Source: Polyangiaceae bacterium (lineage in GTDB: Bacteria; Myxococcota_A; Polyangia; Polyangiales; Polyangiaceae). From it: a stretch of 64,000 nucleotides of DNA. The stretch covers positions 768,001 through 832,000 of the forward strand of contig CBDCTZ010000014.1 in assembly GCA_965222375.1 (NCBI GenBank), written 5' to 3'. The first letter of the stretch is position 1, and each line of letters opens with the position of its first letter. A model generated the notes under the pieces. The model was given only the letters and a program-made list of their open reading frames with translations. It searched no databases and was not told the DNA's origin. The translations under genes and the position numbers were made by a program. Below, piece after piece: positions 1-10,027 of this stretch.

Positions 1-1
1 G

Positions 2-490
2 GCACCTTGTGAACCGACCGAGGCGAGTGCCTGCTCGGACCAAGGCCAGGTCCTCACCTGTGAGCTGAAAGAGGGCAGTTACAAATGGGTGCACAAAGAG
101 GCTTGCTCCGCGTCCGACGGCAAGGAGTGCAAGACGTCCGCGCGCGGCGCCTACTGTGGTTGCGAACCGAGCAAAGTGACTTGCGAGGATTTCGGTGGTG
201 TCCAGCCCTCGTTGCAAACCTGTTTCGGGACGGTCGACTGCGGTCGACTAAACGCTTTCTCCTGCGACACTGACTGCTTGTGCAGCGATGGGTCACGCCC
301 GGTACGCCAGTTCGGGGACCACCCAGATTGGGGGGACTACTGCTTCTACACATGCCTGGGTGGCGTTAGTGGCGAGGAAGCTTCTGTGCTCTGCTTCATG
401 CCGGAAGGAGAGGCGTGCCCATCCAGTCTGCGGGAGTGTGTGGAACGCGCGACGAAAGTTACGGATGGCAACAATAAACCGCTCCCATGA
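2..490 (+). CDS. Cys-rich protein, C-terminal part (5' truncated by the window edge)
   Basis: The frame is open from position 2 (APCEPTEASACSDQGQVLTCELKEGSYKWVHK...) into the 89..490 ORF; many regularly spaced Cys. Confidence 0.6.
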   Translation, partial: APCEPTEASACSDQGQVLTCELKEGSYKWVHKEACSASDGKECKTSARGAYCGCEPSKVTCEDFGGVQPSLQTCFGTVDCGRLNAFSCDTDCLCSDGSRPVRQFGDHPDWGDYCFYTCLGGVSGEEASVLCFMPEGEACPSSLRECVERATKVTDGNNKPLP

Positions 491-610
491 ACCACAAGTC
501 CGCTCGATGTGCGCCCGGAGTAGCGCCATCGCGGAGTAGGCTCCAGTTGCGGTGCGTGCGGTCAGCCGCGAAGCGCGACTGCCGCGACTCCAAAGAAGAC
601 TCGTGCGGAG

Positions 611-2152
611 TCAGGGTACGCAGACGCGGATGGGGGTCGCGGAGCTGACGAGGCTTGCGTCGGTCGCCAGCTGGCCCGAGCCGTTGCCACCCCAGCACCA
701 CATGCTACCGCCTGCTCGGATCGCGCAGCCCGAGGTCTTGCCAATGCGCACCTGGATGTAGCTCGTGAAGTCCCCGAGCTGAGTCAGTGACCTGACTTGC
801 TGCCCATCGGGGACGCCAGCTTGGCTGGTGGAGTTGTTTCCGAAGCAGAAGATGGCGCCACCGAAAGCTTCCGTTCCAGCGCGCCGCAGGGCGCGCGCGC
901 AGGTCAGGTTGTCGCCAGTAACAACTTCTTCCCAAAACCTCGTATCGTCCACCAAGCGAGGCAATGCCTGCGACTTGGACTGCGCTTCACCCAGCCCCAG
1001 TTGGCCGTCCTTGTTTCCGCCCCAGCACCAGAGCGTACGGTCGCTCTGAGTGATGGCGCAGCTGTGAAACGAGCCGGCGGCTGCGTCGTGTACGCTCGTC
1101 TTCGGCATTGGCGTCTGGATGCCGCAAGTGACGTCTTCGAGTGTGCCAATGCCCAGTTGACCCTGTTGGTTCATGCCCCAGCAAGTCAACTCGTCGGAGA
1201 GATCGACCGCGCAGACGTGATGGTTGTACATCGACAACTTCCGGTAGCGGCGATGAGGTTCGGGGTCGATGTGGTCTGGCGGGATCTCTGTCTGCGGCCG
1301 CGGCTTGGAGCACGCGCCAAGGGGTCGAGTCTCACCATGGGCGTCGTCACCCCAACAGATGGCGTGGCCGATATCCAAACGGCCACAAGACGTCGAATCG
1401 CCCACGGCGATTTCACCGAAGTTCCAAGCCTCACCGTTCGGGTGTGTGGGCTTGGTCAGGCCGCCCGGAGTGTTCGTGCCAAGACCTAGGGCTTTGCTCT
1501 TGTTCTTGCCCCAGCAATAGCGATTGCCCATGGCCACGTCGTCGCGGATGGCGCAGGTTGAATCTAGGCCAGCGAACACATTGCGCCACTTGAACGAGGG
1601 ATCTCCAACACTCGCAATTGCTGCCGTGTCTGGTTGTACGCCTGGTCCGTTGCCCGTATGTGACGCTGAAACCGCGCCCTGCCCGGCTTGCCCGTACTCG
1701 TTTCGCCCCCAACAAAACAGTCGACTGTTCTGAGTCACGACGCAGACGTGGGCTTGGCCGACGGCGATGTTGCGCGCTGGTTCTTCGGGCACGCACTTGC
1801 CGGCGCTGCAGCTGTCTCCGGCGCAGCTGCATTCGGTGCAGGCTTCGCCCCGAGCGCCGCAGGCTTCGAGGGTGTCCCCTCCGACGCAGCGAGCGCCGTC
1901 CCAGCAGCCGAAACAGCAAACACCTGCACGACAGGTGCCGCGGTCGTCGGCACACGGAGTGCCATCGTTTTCGGATGAACAGCCACCGCGGGTGCACGTG
2001 TTGCTTACGGGATCGCAGCTCAAGCCCTCGGGGCAAGGGCAGGGCAACCCTTCCAGTTCGACATCGTCGAAGGAGCAGCCGACCGCTATGACGGAAAGGC
2101 AAACCGAGGCCGAGCCGAGCAGTGCAAGAAGCGAACGAGCAAGAAGACGCAC
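611..2152 (-). CDS. RCC1/BLIP-II repeat lipoprotein with Cys-rich N-terminus
   Basis: Lipobox VIAVGC; repeated H.C....LxCWGxNxxGQLG motifs. Start trimmed to GTG 2152 (approximate). Confidence 0.85.
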   Translation of the reverse strand: MRLLARSLLALLGSASVCLSVIAVGCSFDDVELEGLPCPCPEGLSCDPVSNTCTRGGCSSENDGTPCADDRGTCRAGVCCFGCWDGARCVGGDTLEACGARGEACTECSCAGDSCSAGKCVPEEPARNIAVGQAHVCVVTQNSRLFCWGRNEYGQAGQGAVSASHTGNGPGVQPDTAAIASVGDPSFKWRNVFAGLDSTCAIRDDVAMGNRYCWGKNKSKALGLGTNTPGGLTKPTHPNGEAWNFGEIAVGDSTSCGRLDIGHAICWGDDAHGETRPLGACSKPRPQTEIPPDHIDPEPHRRYRKLSMYNHHVCAVDLSDELTCWGMNQQGQLGIGTLEDVTCGIQTPMPKTSVHDAAAGSFHSCAITQSDRTLWCWGGNKDGQLGLGEAQSKSQALPRLVDDTRFWEEVVTGDNLTCARALRRAGTEAFGGAIFCFGNNSTSQAGVPDGQQVRSLTQLGDFTSYIQVRIGKTSGCAIRAGGSMWCWGGNGSGQLATDASLVSSATPIRVCVP

Positions 2153-2222
2153 GACTTGACAAAATAGGGGAAAGCCGAGCGTTGTGCTCGTCGAAAATGA
2201 AGGCTCCGGCACCGGGGCGTGG

Positions 2223-3727
2223 CTAGTGCGCCCTTTCGGTAGCCTCGCTGAGTCGCAAAACCGACCAAACATCCGAATGGTCGTCGGTCCGCGGGCGTCG
2301 CGTCACGGACGTCGACAGGGGCTGCCAATCTTTGCGTGAGACGAGCTGATCGAGCCTCTCGCGGCTCGCGGCCAACACTGCCCAGGTCGATGCACTGGTT
2401 CCGTCGCCAGCGGGCGCCGTCGTCTCCTGAATCCGCAGACCGGCCAGGCCGCTGCTTTTGGCGAGGGCGGCCACGACCGAGAGTACGTCCAGGTGGCGAT
2501 TGGACAGATGAAAGGCAAGGACGCCGTCCGCGCGGAGCTTCTTGCGGTACGAGCTCAATGCTTCGACCGTGAGCAGGTGCGCGGGTATCGAGTCGCTGCT
2601 GAAAGCGTCCAAGATCATGGCGTCGTAGCCGCCGTCGTCGGCTTTTGCGAGGGTGAGGCGCGCGTCGCCCAGCACGACGCCGATGGTGGCCCCACGGCTG
2701 CGGGCAGTGCTGAGATAGGTGAAGTAGCGGGTGTCTTCCGCAACCTGTTTCACGAAGGGGTCGATTTCGTAATAGGTGAAGCGGTCGCCGTCCCGGGCGT
2801 ACGCAGCGAGGCTCCCGGCGCCCAGGCCCACCAGGGCGAGGTTGAGACTGTCGCGCTGCTTAAGCAGTCCTGCGAGCACGTCACCAATCGGGCCTTTGCG
2901 ATGGTAGTAAAACGGCGACTGAAAACGAGGCTGAAGCTCAGCAGGTACAACGCAAGGGGAATGACCCAGAGCAGCGGGAATGCCGCGATGTCCGTGGTGA
3001 TGAAGGTCGTCACGCCCAGCATCGCGCTGGATGGAACGAAGGACCACGCCAACCAGCGCACCCGCCTCAACGGGGAGATGCTGCTGGCGGTGGTGACCTT
3101 GGGGGCCGACGCTGCGCTGGCTGCGGGCTGGCTGGCGAGGCGTTGCCACACGCTTGCGCCGGCGGCGAAAGTCAGCACGACCATGACCGCGTAGACCACT
3201 GTCCAACCCGTGCTCTGTTGCTTCAGGGTGAGCTGGGGCTCGAAGACCAGGGGGTAGGCCAGAAGCGCGAGCATGCTGCCGGCATTGCTGGCGGCGTACA
3301 GGAAGTAGGGGTCCTGGGCTTGGGCGTGGGTGGTCAGAGAAAACCAACGCTGCAAGAGCGGACCCGTCGTGCTGACGACGAAGAAGGGTAGCCCCACACT
3401 GACTGCCAGCAGAGTGAGCAGCGCTAGCAGTGGGTTTTCAGCGGTTGGTGGCGCCCACCATTGTGGAACCGCCAACGGAAGCGCGGCGAGCGGCAGCAGA
3501 ATCACCCCGCCGTGCACGAGCATCTGGCGTTTGGGCGGCAACTTCTGGGTGGCGAGGTGCGCGTAGGCGTAGCCCGCCAAAAGCGCGGACTGGAAGAACA
3601 GCATGCAGGTGTTCCAGACTGCCGGCGTGCCGCTGAGTCGCGGCAGGACCATCTTCGCGAACATGGGCTGCACCGCAAACAGCAGCGAAGAGCTCAGAAA
3701 GATGGTCAGGGTCAGCAGCGCCAGCAT
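2223..3727 (-). pseudogene. Fused membrane/spermidine-synthase-like protein, internally deleted and frameshifted
   Basis: N-terminal TM part (LLFAVQPMFAKMVLP...DPYFLYAASNAGS) is in one frame. The SAM-binding domain (YYHRKGPIG, VGLGAGSL, YEIDP, GDAR, LDAFSSDSIP) is in another. The frames switch near 2905-2915. Confidence 0.8.
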
Positions 3728-3748
3728 CCCGTGCGGCGCTAGGCTACC

Positions 3749-4531
3749 CTAATTGCGAGGCTGAGGACTGATACGCGAAGTGATGAAGCCAGCGATTCGT
3801 GGCGCGCGGTTCGCTACGTCGTAGATGCGTGGGTAGACCACGCGCGGCGCATCCCGGTCGAGAGCGTTGATGATCGCACGAGCCAGGGGTTCAGGCTTTC
3901 CGATCGGGATCCAATCCCGGGCGCGGCTCTCCTGATATTGGTCGCGAGCCCGACGTTCAAGACCGGAGCTGACCGGGCCAGGGTACACCGTGAGCACCTG
4001 CACGCCCTGGGGCGACAGTTCGATCCGAGCGATCTCCGAGGCATGGGCGAGGCCAGCTTTGGCCGCTCCGTAGTAGCTGCATCCTCGCAAAGGCGTGACC
4101 CCGGCGAGGCTGCTGACGTTGACGACGATGCCGAAGTGTTGCTCCACCATATGGGGAACGAGCAGGTTCATCAGGCGTAGCGGACTCTGCAGGTCGATGG
4201 CGAGGACGAGCTCTGCGCGCTCCCAGGGCGTGGTAGCGAGGGTGCGCACTTCCATGATGCCCGCGCAGTTGATCAGCGCATCGATGGGACCCTCTGCGGC
4301 CTGGGCCTCGTGCACTCGGGCTTCGAGTTGCTCTGGCCGCGCGAGGTCCCACTCGGCGCCGCGGGCGCGAGCACCCACGGCACGCAGAGTCCTGTTCAGG
4401 CCGTCCGCATCCAGATCGACCAGAGTCTGCTTGGCGTTTGGGTAACGCGCGACAAGCTCTCGCGACAGTGCGCCCCCAATGGCGCCCGCCGCACCGGTGA
4501 CCAGGATGTGGGTGGGTTCAGTCGCGGCCAA
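3749..4531 (-). CDS. SDR family oxidoreductase
   Basis: TGAAGAIG, NCAG, YGAAK (YxxxK). TTG 4531 overlaps the upstream gene end. Confidence 0.9.
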   Translation of the reverse strand: MAATEPTHILVTGAAGAIGGALSRELVARYPNAKQTLVDLDADGLNRTLRAVGARARGAEWDLARPEQLEARVHEAQAAEGPIDALINCAGIMEVRTLATTPWERAELVLAIDLQSPLRLMNLLVPHMVEQHFGIVVNVSSLAGVTPLRGCSYYGAAKAGLAHASEIARIELSPQGVQVLTVYPGPVSSGLERRARDQYQESRARDWIPIGKPEPLARAIINALDRDAPRVVYPRIYDVANRAPRIAGFITSRISPQPRN

Positions 4532-5081
4532 TGCTGACCGCCTGCTCGCGCGTATCCAATGCGAACCAAAGCACCAGCGCGTCCCCGGCTTTCGTCTTCC
4601 ACATCGCGGGCCCCAGGAATAGTCCCGGCGAGACCTCTCGGATCTCATCGTGGATCTTGCGAATCAGGTTGGGGTTGTCGCGCAGGTCGTAGTCCAGGAT
4701 CAGGGTCTCACGGCCGTCGATACGGGACGGTCCAAGCAGGGTGTGGAACGGGAATAGTTGGTGGCGGCCAAAAAGGTGCACGCGGTTGATGCCCGTGCCC
4801 GTGGTTGCCGACGTTGCGCTGAAGCTCTTGCCGCCCCAGGGAAAACTGGCAGCGGCGGCAAAGCGGCGGAGCGCACGGCCCAGGCGGTTTTGCTCGATCT
4901 TGCGCACCGTGAGCATGCGCCCTCGCGGGTGACCGTCCAAAACATCGAAGTGTTGGGGCAGCTCGCCTCCGCGATAGATTTGCTCCAGCTTTTCGGTGCT
5001 GAGCCGACTCAGCGAGTCGAGACTGTGAGCTTCACGAAGGGTGGCTTTTTTTGGTTGAGTGAATTGTTGTGCTGTTTCCAT
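4518..5081 (-). CDS. Conserved hypothetical protein (W.GK.F / LxLDY..NP / DEIREV family)
   Basis: ATG 5081 with GGAG SD; lies in an operon between the TetR and SDR genes; resembles 44028..44585. Confidence 0.75.
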   Translation of the reverse strand: METAQQFTQPKKATLREAHSLDSLSRLSTEKLEQIYRGGELPQHFDVLDGHPRGRMLTVRKIEQNRLGRALRRFAAAASFPWGGKSFSATSATTGTGINRVHLFGRHQLFPFHTLLGPSRIDGRETLILDYDLRDNPNLIRKIHDEIREVSPGLFLGPAMWKTKAGDALVLWFALDTREQAVSIGRD

Positions 5082-5094
5082 GTCTCCGGCCCTC

Positions 5095-5694
5095 TCAGCG
5101 CACTGCGAATGCGTTGAAACAAGCGTCACGCGCTTGGTTTACCCGTTCTTCGTCCAGCGTCAGGTAGCCGTGACGCTCGGCTTTGAACAATCCGACGAAT
5201 GCGCCCCAGATGATCGCGAGCAACACGTCCACAGGCACTCTCGGATCAAAAGCGCCCGTACCCTGCAGCTGTAGGCACGCTTCGGCGATGGGCGTGAGCA
5301 CACTCATCTCGAGCGCCTTGCTCTCGGAATCCAAGTAGGCCGCGTGATCTTGCAGCTCGAGGAAGTGAAACGTCGTCGGGTGCTGCCGCGCGAATTGCAC
5401 CATGCGTCCCCAGAACTCGTCGAAGGCCTGCTTGGGTGGTTGGTTCAGATCCACGCCGGTCAGCGCGGCCGCCAGACGGGTTTTCGCTTCGCGAAAGACC
5501 GCGTTGACTAGAGCCTCCTTGCTCTCGAAAAAGCGATACACGCTGCCGGCACTGATACCTGCGCGCTCGGCGACCAGGGGGACTGCGGTGCCATGGAAGC
5601 CCCGCTCTGCGAATAGAGCCAAGGCCGCCTCGAGCAGGCGCTCCCGCTTCTCTGCCTTCTTCTGCTCGATCTTGGTGAGTTCTGCGGCTGTCAC
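5095..5694 (-). CDS. TetR/AcrR family regulator
   Basis: HTH: LLEAALALFAERGFHGTAVPLVAERAGISAGSVYRFFESKEAL. Confidence 0.95.
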   Translation of the reverse strand: MTAAELTKIEQKKAEKRERLLEAALALFAERGFHGTAVPLVAERAGISAGSVYRFFESKEALVNAVFREAKTRLAAALTGVDLNQPPKQAFDEFWGRMVQFARQHPTTFHFLELQDHAAYLDSESKALEMSVLTPIAEACLQLQGTGAFDPRVPVDVLLAIIWGAFVGLFKAERHGYLTLDEERVNQARDACFNAFAVR

Positions 5695-5699
5695 GAAAT

Positions 5700-5731
5700 G
5701 AATGAATATTCATTCTGTTGTCACTTGTCAA
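5700..5731 (-). promoter_or_regulatory. Putative TetR operator (16-bp perfect palindrome) plus -35 box
   Basis: GAATGAAT|ATTCATTC at 5700-5715, 5 bp from the TetR start; TTGACA on the minus strand at 5731-5726. Confidence 0.8.
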
Positions 5732-5968
5732 GGGAAACTGCGGCTGCACGACGAAAAACCTGGCGCCAGAGCAGATGACCCGGCGCCCCACCATCCGCCC
5801 GTTGGCTGCACGGGCGGAGCGCTGGTCTGCATCGATCCTACGCCGCCTCCGAAGCGTACCTACTTAGATGGTTCTGCCACCTTCCGTGCGCCCCTGTGGT
5901 CCCAGGGTGGTTCCCCGGTTCACCCACGTCCAGGGGAAGGTCGCCTGGGCTATGCTGCCGACGAAACC

Positions 5969-7807
5969 ATGGGACTCGTCAGCGTAGAGCGCTCAGTAGA
6001 TTGCCGCGCTTCCGCGGAGGCATTGTGGCCGCTGATCACGGACACCGAGCGCCTCAATCGCGTGATCGGTCTGTCGCGGATCGAGCTGACGCCAAACGAT
6101 GACGATACTGCTGCCCGTTACCTCGTCAAGACCGTCTCTGGGGGCTTTCCCCTGGAGTACGAAGAGCGCCCCTATGAATGGGAACGCCCGACCTTTTTCA
6201 AGGTGCGGCGGGTCGTTCGTAAAGGCCTGGTTCGGTTTCTGGAAAACACGTTCACCCTTGAGAAGCTCGAGAGTGGGACCAAGGTCAGCGTTTGCATCAC
6301 CACGCAGCCCAAGACGGGACTGATCTCGCCAATCCTGCGCCTTCAGATCTCTCGATTCCTGGGTCGGCTTCTGGACTTCGTATCCGCTGTGGATGAGCAG
6401 CTGCGCACGGATGCTGAGCCCGCGACAGCGCAGCCGGTTCAGCTATCGGAGTCGGGCTTTCAGCGAGTGGCAGAAGGTTTCTTGGACGCGCTGGATGGCG
6501 ACGAGCGCCAGGCTGGCGAGCGAGTGCTGCGCTTGGTGGAGCAAGGCTCCGACAAAGACCTCGACCGCATGCGCCCCTACGAATTGGCGGACCGCTGGAA
6601 GATGCCCCGACGCGCCGTACTCGGCGCGTGCTTGCACGCAGTGGATGCAGGTGTCTTGGAGCTGACGTGGGATCTGGTTTGTCCGAGCTGCCGCACCGCG
6701 AGCGAACGCATGCAAGCGCTCGCAGAATTGGGCGCCCATGCCCACTGTCAGCTTTGCGATCTCTCCTACGATCTGGATCTCGATCAAGCCGTAGAAGCGA
6801 CGTTTCGCCCCGCGGCTGGATTGCGCCCCGTGGACGAAGGGCCCTACTGCATCGGTGGGCCCGCGCGCACGCCCCATGTGTTGGTTCAAACCGTGCTGCC
6901 TCCCCGAGAGCAGGCGGTGCTGGCCGCGCCGACGCGAGCTGGGCGCTATCGCCTGTTCGTGCGCGGCGGTCCGGCGGCTATCCTGAAGGTGGAGCGCGGC
7001 TTGCCGGACGAAGCAAAGTTCGAGGCAGGCGGCGACGACTTGCTTCCGCCCCAGGCGGAGCTGGCGCCTGGCGGGCGAGTCCTGGTGCAAAACAACAGCG
7101 ACCGAGAGCGCCACGCCAAGATTGAAGAAGTGGACTTCCCGAGCCAAGCGGCGACCGCTCACGAGGTGAGCATGCTGTCGGAGTTTCGGCGACAGTTCGC
7201 ACGTGAAGTGCTCAAGCCCGGGCTCACTCTGCGCATCGCTCGGGTCTGCTTGTTGTTCAGTGACCTGACGGGTTCGACGGCGCTGTACACCCGAGTGGGC
7301 GACGCGAAAGCCTTCAGCATCGTGCAGGATCACTTCGAGCTACTGCGCGAGGTGATCGCCGCTCACGACGGAACGATCGTGAAGACCATTGGCGATGCCG
7401 TGATGGCGGCATTCTTGACCGAGGCGCCCGCCGTGAAGTGTGCGGTGAGCATGCACGAGAAGTTTCCGGAGTTCCGCAGCGCATCCACCACGGACCACGG
7501 ACTCACCTTGAAGATTGGTGTGCATACTGGGCCTTGCTACGTCGTGACCGCCAATGGCGTGCTGGACTACTTTGGACAGACCGTGAATGTCGCGGCACGC
7601 CTGCAGGGGGCGGCCAATGGAGGGGAGCTCGTGCTCAGTCGCGAGCTATCAGAAGTCGCGCGCAAAGAAGGTTGGTTGCCCGAAGCTGCGCCCACCGCAT
7701 CATTCGCTGCGGAGCTGAAGGGGCTCGCCAAGCCTTTGGAAGCGGTGCGGACCCGTCTGGATAGTGGCGCCGAGCGGGCAGCCGCGGCGGGCAAAGCTGC
7801 TCAATAG
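5969..7807 (+). CDS. Class III adenylate/guanylate cyclase with N-terminal SRPBCC domain and central Cys4 (DUF5939-like) domain
   Basis: FSDLTGST, VKTIGDAVMA, DYFGQTVNVAARL; CPSC...CQLC; N-terminus VDCRASAEALWPLITDTERLN. Confidence 0.9.
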   Translation: MGLVSVERSVDCRASAEALWPLITDTERLNRVIGLSRIELTPNDDDTAARYLVKTVSGGFPLEYEERPYEWERPTFFKVRRVVRKGLVRFLENTFTLEKLESGTKVSVCITTQPKTGLISPILRLQISRFLGRLLDFVSAVDEQLRTDAEPATAQPVQLSESGFQRVAEGFLDALDGDERQAGERVLRLVEQGSDKDLDRMRPYELADRWKMPRRAVLGACLHAVDAGVLELTWDLVCPSCRTASERMQALAELGAHAHCQLCDLSYDLDLDQAVEATFRPAAGLRPVDEGPYCIGGPARTPHVLVQTVLPPREQAVLAAPTRAGRYRLFVRGGPAAILKVERGLPDEAKFEAGGDDLLPPQAELAPGGRVLVQNNSDRERHAKIEEVDFPSQAATAHEVSMLSEFRRQFAREVLKPGLTLRIARVCLLFSDLTGSTALYTRVGDAKAFSIVQDHFELLREVIAAHDGTIVKTIGDAVMAAFLTEAPAVKCAVSMHEKFPEFRSASTTDHGLTLKIGVHTGPCYVVTANGVLDYFGQTVNVAARLQGAANGGELVLSRELSEVARKEGWLPEAAPTASFAAELKGLAKPLEAVRTRLDSGAERAAAAGKAAQ

Positions 7808-7826
7808 TCGGCTCAGAACCGTGCAG

Positions 7827-9845
7827 TCAGTGCGTGGCTTGGATCCGGATCGCGCCGGTGAGCGCCATATCCTGCCCGTTGCCTTGCACGTAGATGGGGT
7901 TGTGGAAGGGCAGCAGCTGCGCGAACACAAAGTAGACCCGATTGAGCCCGACGTCCGCGTCCTTCAAGCTGGTCAACTGCTTCTTGTCGAAGTTGGAGTC
8001 GGGTCGGATGTAGCGCATGTGGTCCTTGCTCTTGAGCAGCTTGGCGAAGTGCACTTCGTCTTCGGAGTTGTAGAGCACGCGCACCCGGGAATCCTGGAAG
8101 TCCCCGTTGGTTCCCATGATCAACAAGGGGCGGTTATCGCCATCGACGAACTTGGCGACGCGGCCAAAGGCTCGGATCTCGAGGGGATCCCCCGGGTTGT
8201 AGTTTTCGATTGTGTCGCCAACGATGTACTCGATGCCTTTGTAGACGATGCGCAGATCGATGAAGTTGGAAAAGTCGTGCACCACCGTGCGCCCGCGCTG
8301 GAGTCCGTCGGCAATGCCCGTCTGCCCGTTGGCCCAAACGAACTCAGGGGCAAAGACACTTGTCGCTGGCAGTCCAATTTCCGCACTCGTGGGATCGCAG
8401 GGTCCATCGAAGCAAACCGAGTCATTGAATTTGTGGGTGTCGGAGCCACCCACGGCGATCATCGGCCAACGCCCGGTCTTGAGCATGCCCAGCCAGGAGC
8501 GCTCGATGTCACTCTCGGGCATGACCGTCTCGAGCTGGTTTTCGTCGGAGATATCGTTGACGTCGATGTTGCCGTGGTAGGCGTCGTCGTCGAATCGGTC
8601 GTGACGCATACCGCCGTTCCAAACTTCGAGCCCGTCGAAGTCCAAGCTCTGCCAGTCGTAGTGGATCCAGGGTGCGAGAGCGGTCTCGTGATTGATGATG
8701 CGCAGGCCCCCCAACTCTTTCATCAGCTTCAGCTCTGACTCGTTGCTGGCTTCGGGCCAGATCCAGCGCTCGGGGAAGATCCCGACGCCGTAGCCGACGT
8801 CGAAGTCGTAGTCCGTGGGGTTGTCCGTGTAGCCCGGCGCCAAGATCGGGTGTCCCGGCTCCGGGTTGAGGGGGATGAAGCCGAAGTGACCGTTGAACTT
8901 GTTGCTGACCTCCGAGCCCACGACGAGCAAGGTGTCTCTGACTTGCTCTACCAGCTCACGGGTGACCCGGCGACCGGTGGCGCCCTTCGCGTCGTGCTTG
9001 TCTTCGCACCAGTCGGGGAAGATCCGGCCGCACTCGGGCACCTCCCTGTCCGTGTGATCCGAGAAGATCAACCAATGCAGGCGGCCTCGGGCGGATGAAA
9101 AGCGCCGGTCGGAAAAATCCGCTCCCGAGATGCTCTTCACCTGGTTGGTCATGCGTTGGTAGTAGTCGTAGACGCTGCCCGCTTCTTCACCGCCCTCACT
9201 ATGCTTGGTGTGCACGTGCAAATCTCCGGACCACCAATGGTTCTCCCGGATGGACACCGCCCAGCGCTGCACGACCTCTTCTCCCCACTTGCCCGGATCC
9301 GTGATGCCGCAGTCGACCCAGGCGCGCCAGCGCACCACGAACTGGTAACAACCGGGATCGACGCTTTCGAGGCTCCACGCCACCTTGGCTGCCTCACGAC
9401 CCGCGCCCCCCGTGTCGTGCTCGGCCTTGCTCCCCGGCTTGAGGTTCTTGCCTCCGGCAATCTCGAGCTCGGCGCCCGGCGGTGCCTTCTCGAAGTTCCA
9501 CTCCACCTTGTCGGTTGCGCACTTCCCGATGTTGGTGCGCATGTCGTAGGTGTAGAAGGTGTCCGCTAGTGCCATCTCCGGTGGCAGCGTTGCCAGCCCG
9601 TACTCGGCTGCGTTGCTGTCCGTCGAGGTGGCGTCCGCTTCACACACCGGAGGCGGCCCGGGGACCCAGGGCGGTGCACCCGCTCCCGAGCCACCCGAGC
9701 CGGCACCGGCGCCGCTTCCACCGGAGCCGCCCGAACCACCACTGCCGGACTTGCCACCACTACCGGGACCATCGCTGGCTTCGTCACCGCCGCCGCAGCC
9801 GCTCAATGCAAGACACAGTGCCGAAAGGTAAGCGATCGCGCGCAT
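7827..9845 (-). CDS. PHP-domain (CehA/McbA-like) metallohydrolase lipoprotein
   Basis: Lipobox LALSGC; Gly linker; GDLHVHTKHSEG, SDH, GH, NH, EVWN, GGSDTH. Confidence 0.8.
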   Translation of the reverse strand: MRAIAYLSALCLALSGCGGGDEASDGPGSGGKSGSGGSGGSGGSGAGAGSGGSGAGAPPWVPGPPPVCEADATSTDSNAAEYGLATLPPEMALADTFYTYDMRTNIGKCATDKVEWNFEKAPPGAELEIAGGKNLKPGSKAEHDTGGAGREAAKVAWSLESVDPGCYQFVVRWRAWVDCGITDPGKWGEEVVQRWAVSIRENHWWSGDLHVHTKHSEGGEEAGSVYDYYQRMTNQVKSISGADFSDRRFSSARGRLHWLIFSDHTDREVPECGRIFPDWCEDKHDAKGATGRRVTRELVEQVRDTLLVVGSEVSNKFNGHFGFIPLNPEPGHPILAPGYTDNPTDYDFDVGYGVGIFPERWIWPEASNESELKLMKELGGLRIINHETALAPWIHYDWQSLDFDGLEVWNGGMRHDRFDDDAYHGNIDVNDISDENQLETVMPESDIERSWLGMLKTGRWPMIAVGGSDTHKFNDSVCFDGPCDPTSAEIGLPATSVFAPEFVWANGQTGIADGLQRGRTVVHDFSNFIDLRIVYKGIEYIVGDTIENYNPGDPLEIRAFGRVAKFVDGDNRPLLIMGTNGDFQDSRVRVLYNSEDEVHFAKLLKSKDHMRYIRPDSNFDKKQLTSLKDADVGLNRVYFVFAQLLPFHNPIYVQGNGQDMALTGAIRIQATH

Positions 9846-10027
9846 CGGGCGAGTATAGCAGGGCGCGAACTAGCGGGTTGAACCCTTCGCGTGCAGCGCT
9901 GGCGTGGCCCTGCTTCGGCCCGATGCTTCGGACAGCGTGCTGCCGTCCAAGCCTGCTTTCCAAAGATTCCTGGGGCGCAAAGCTCCTCCGTGGCACTTGG
10001 TCGCAGGCGTGCGCTATGATCATCACG

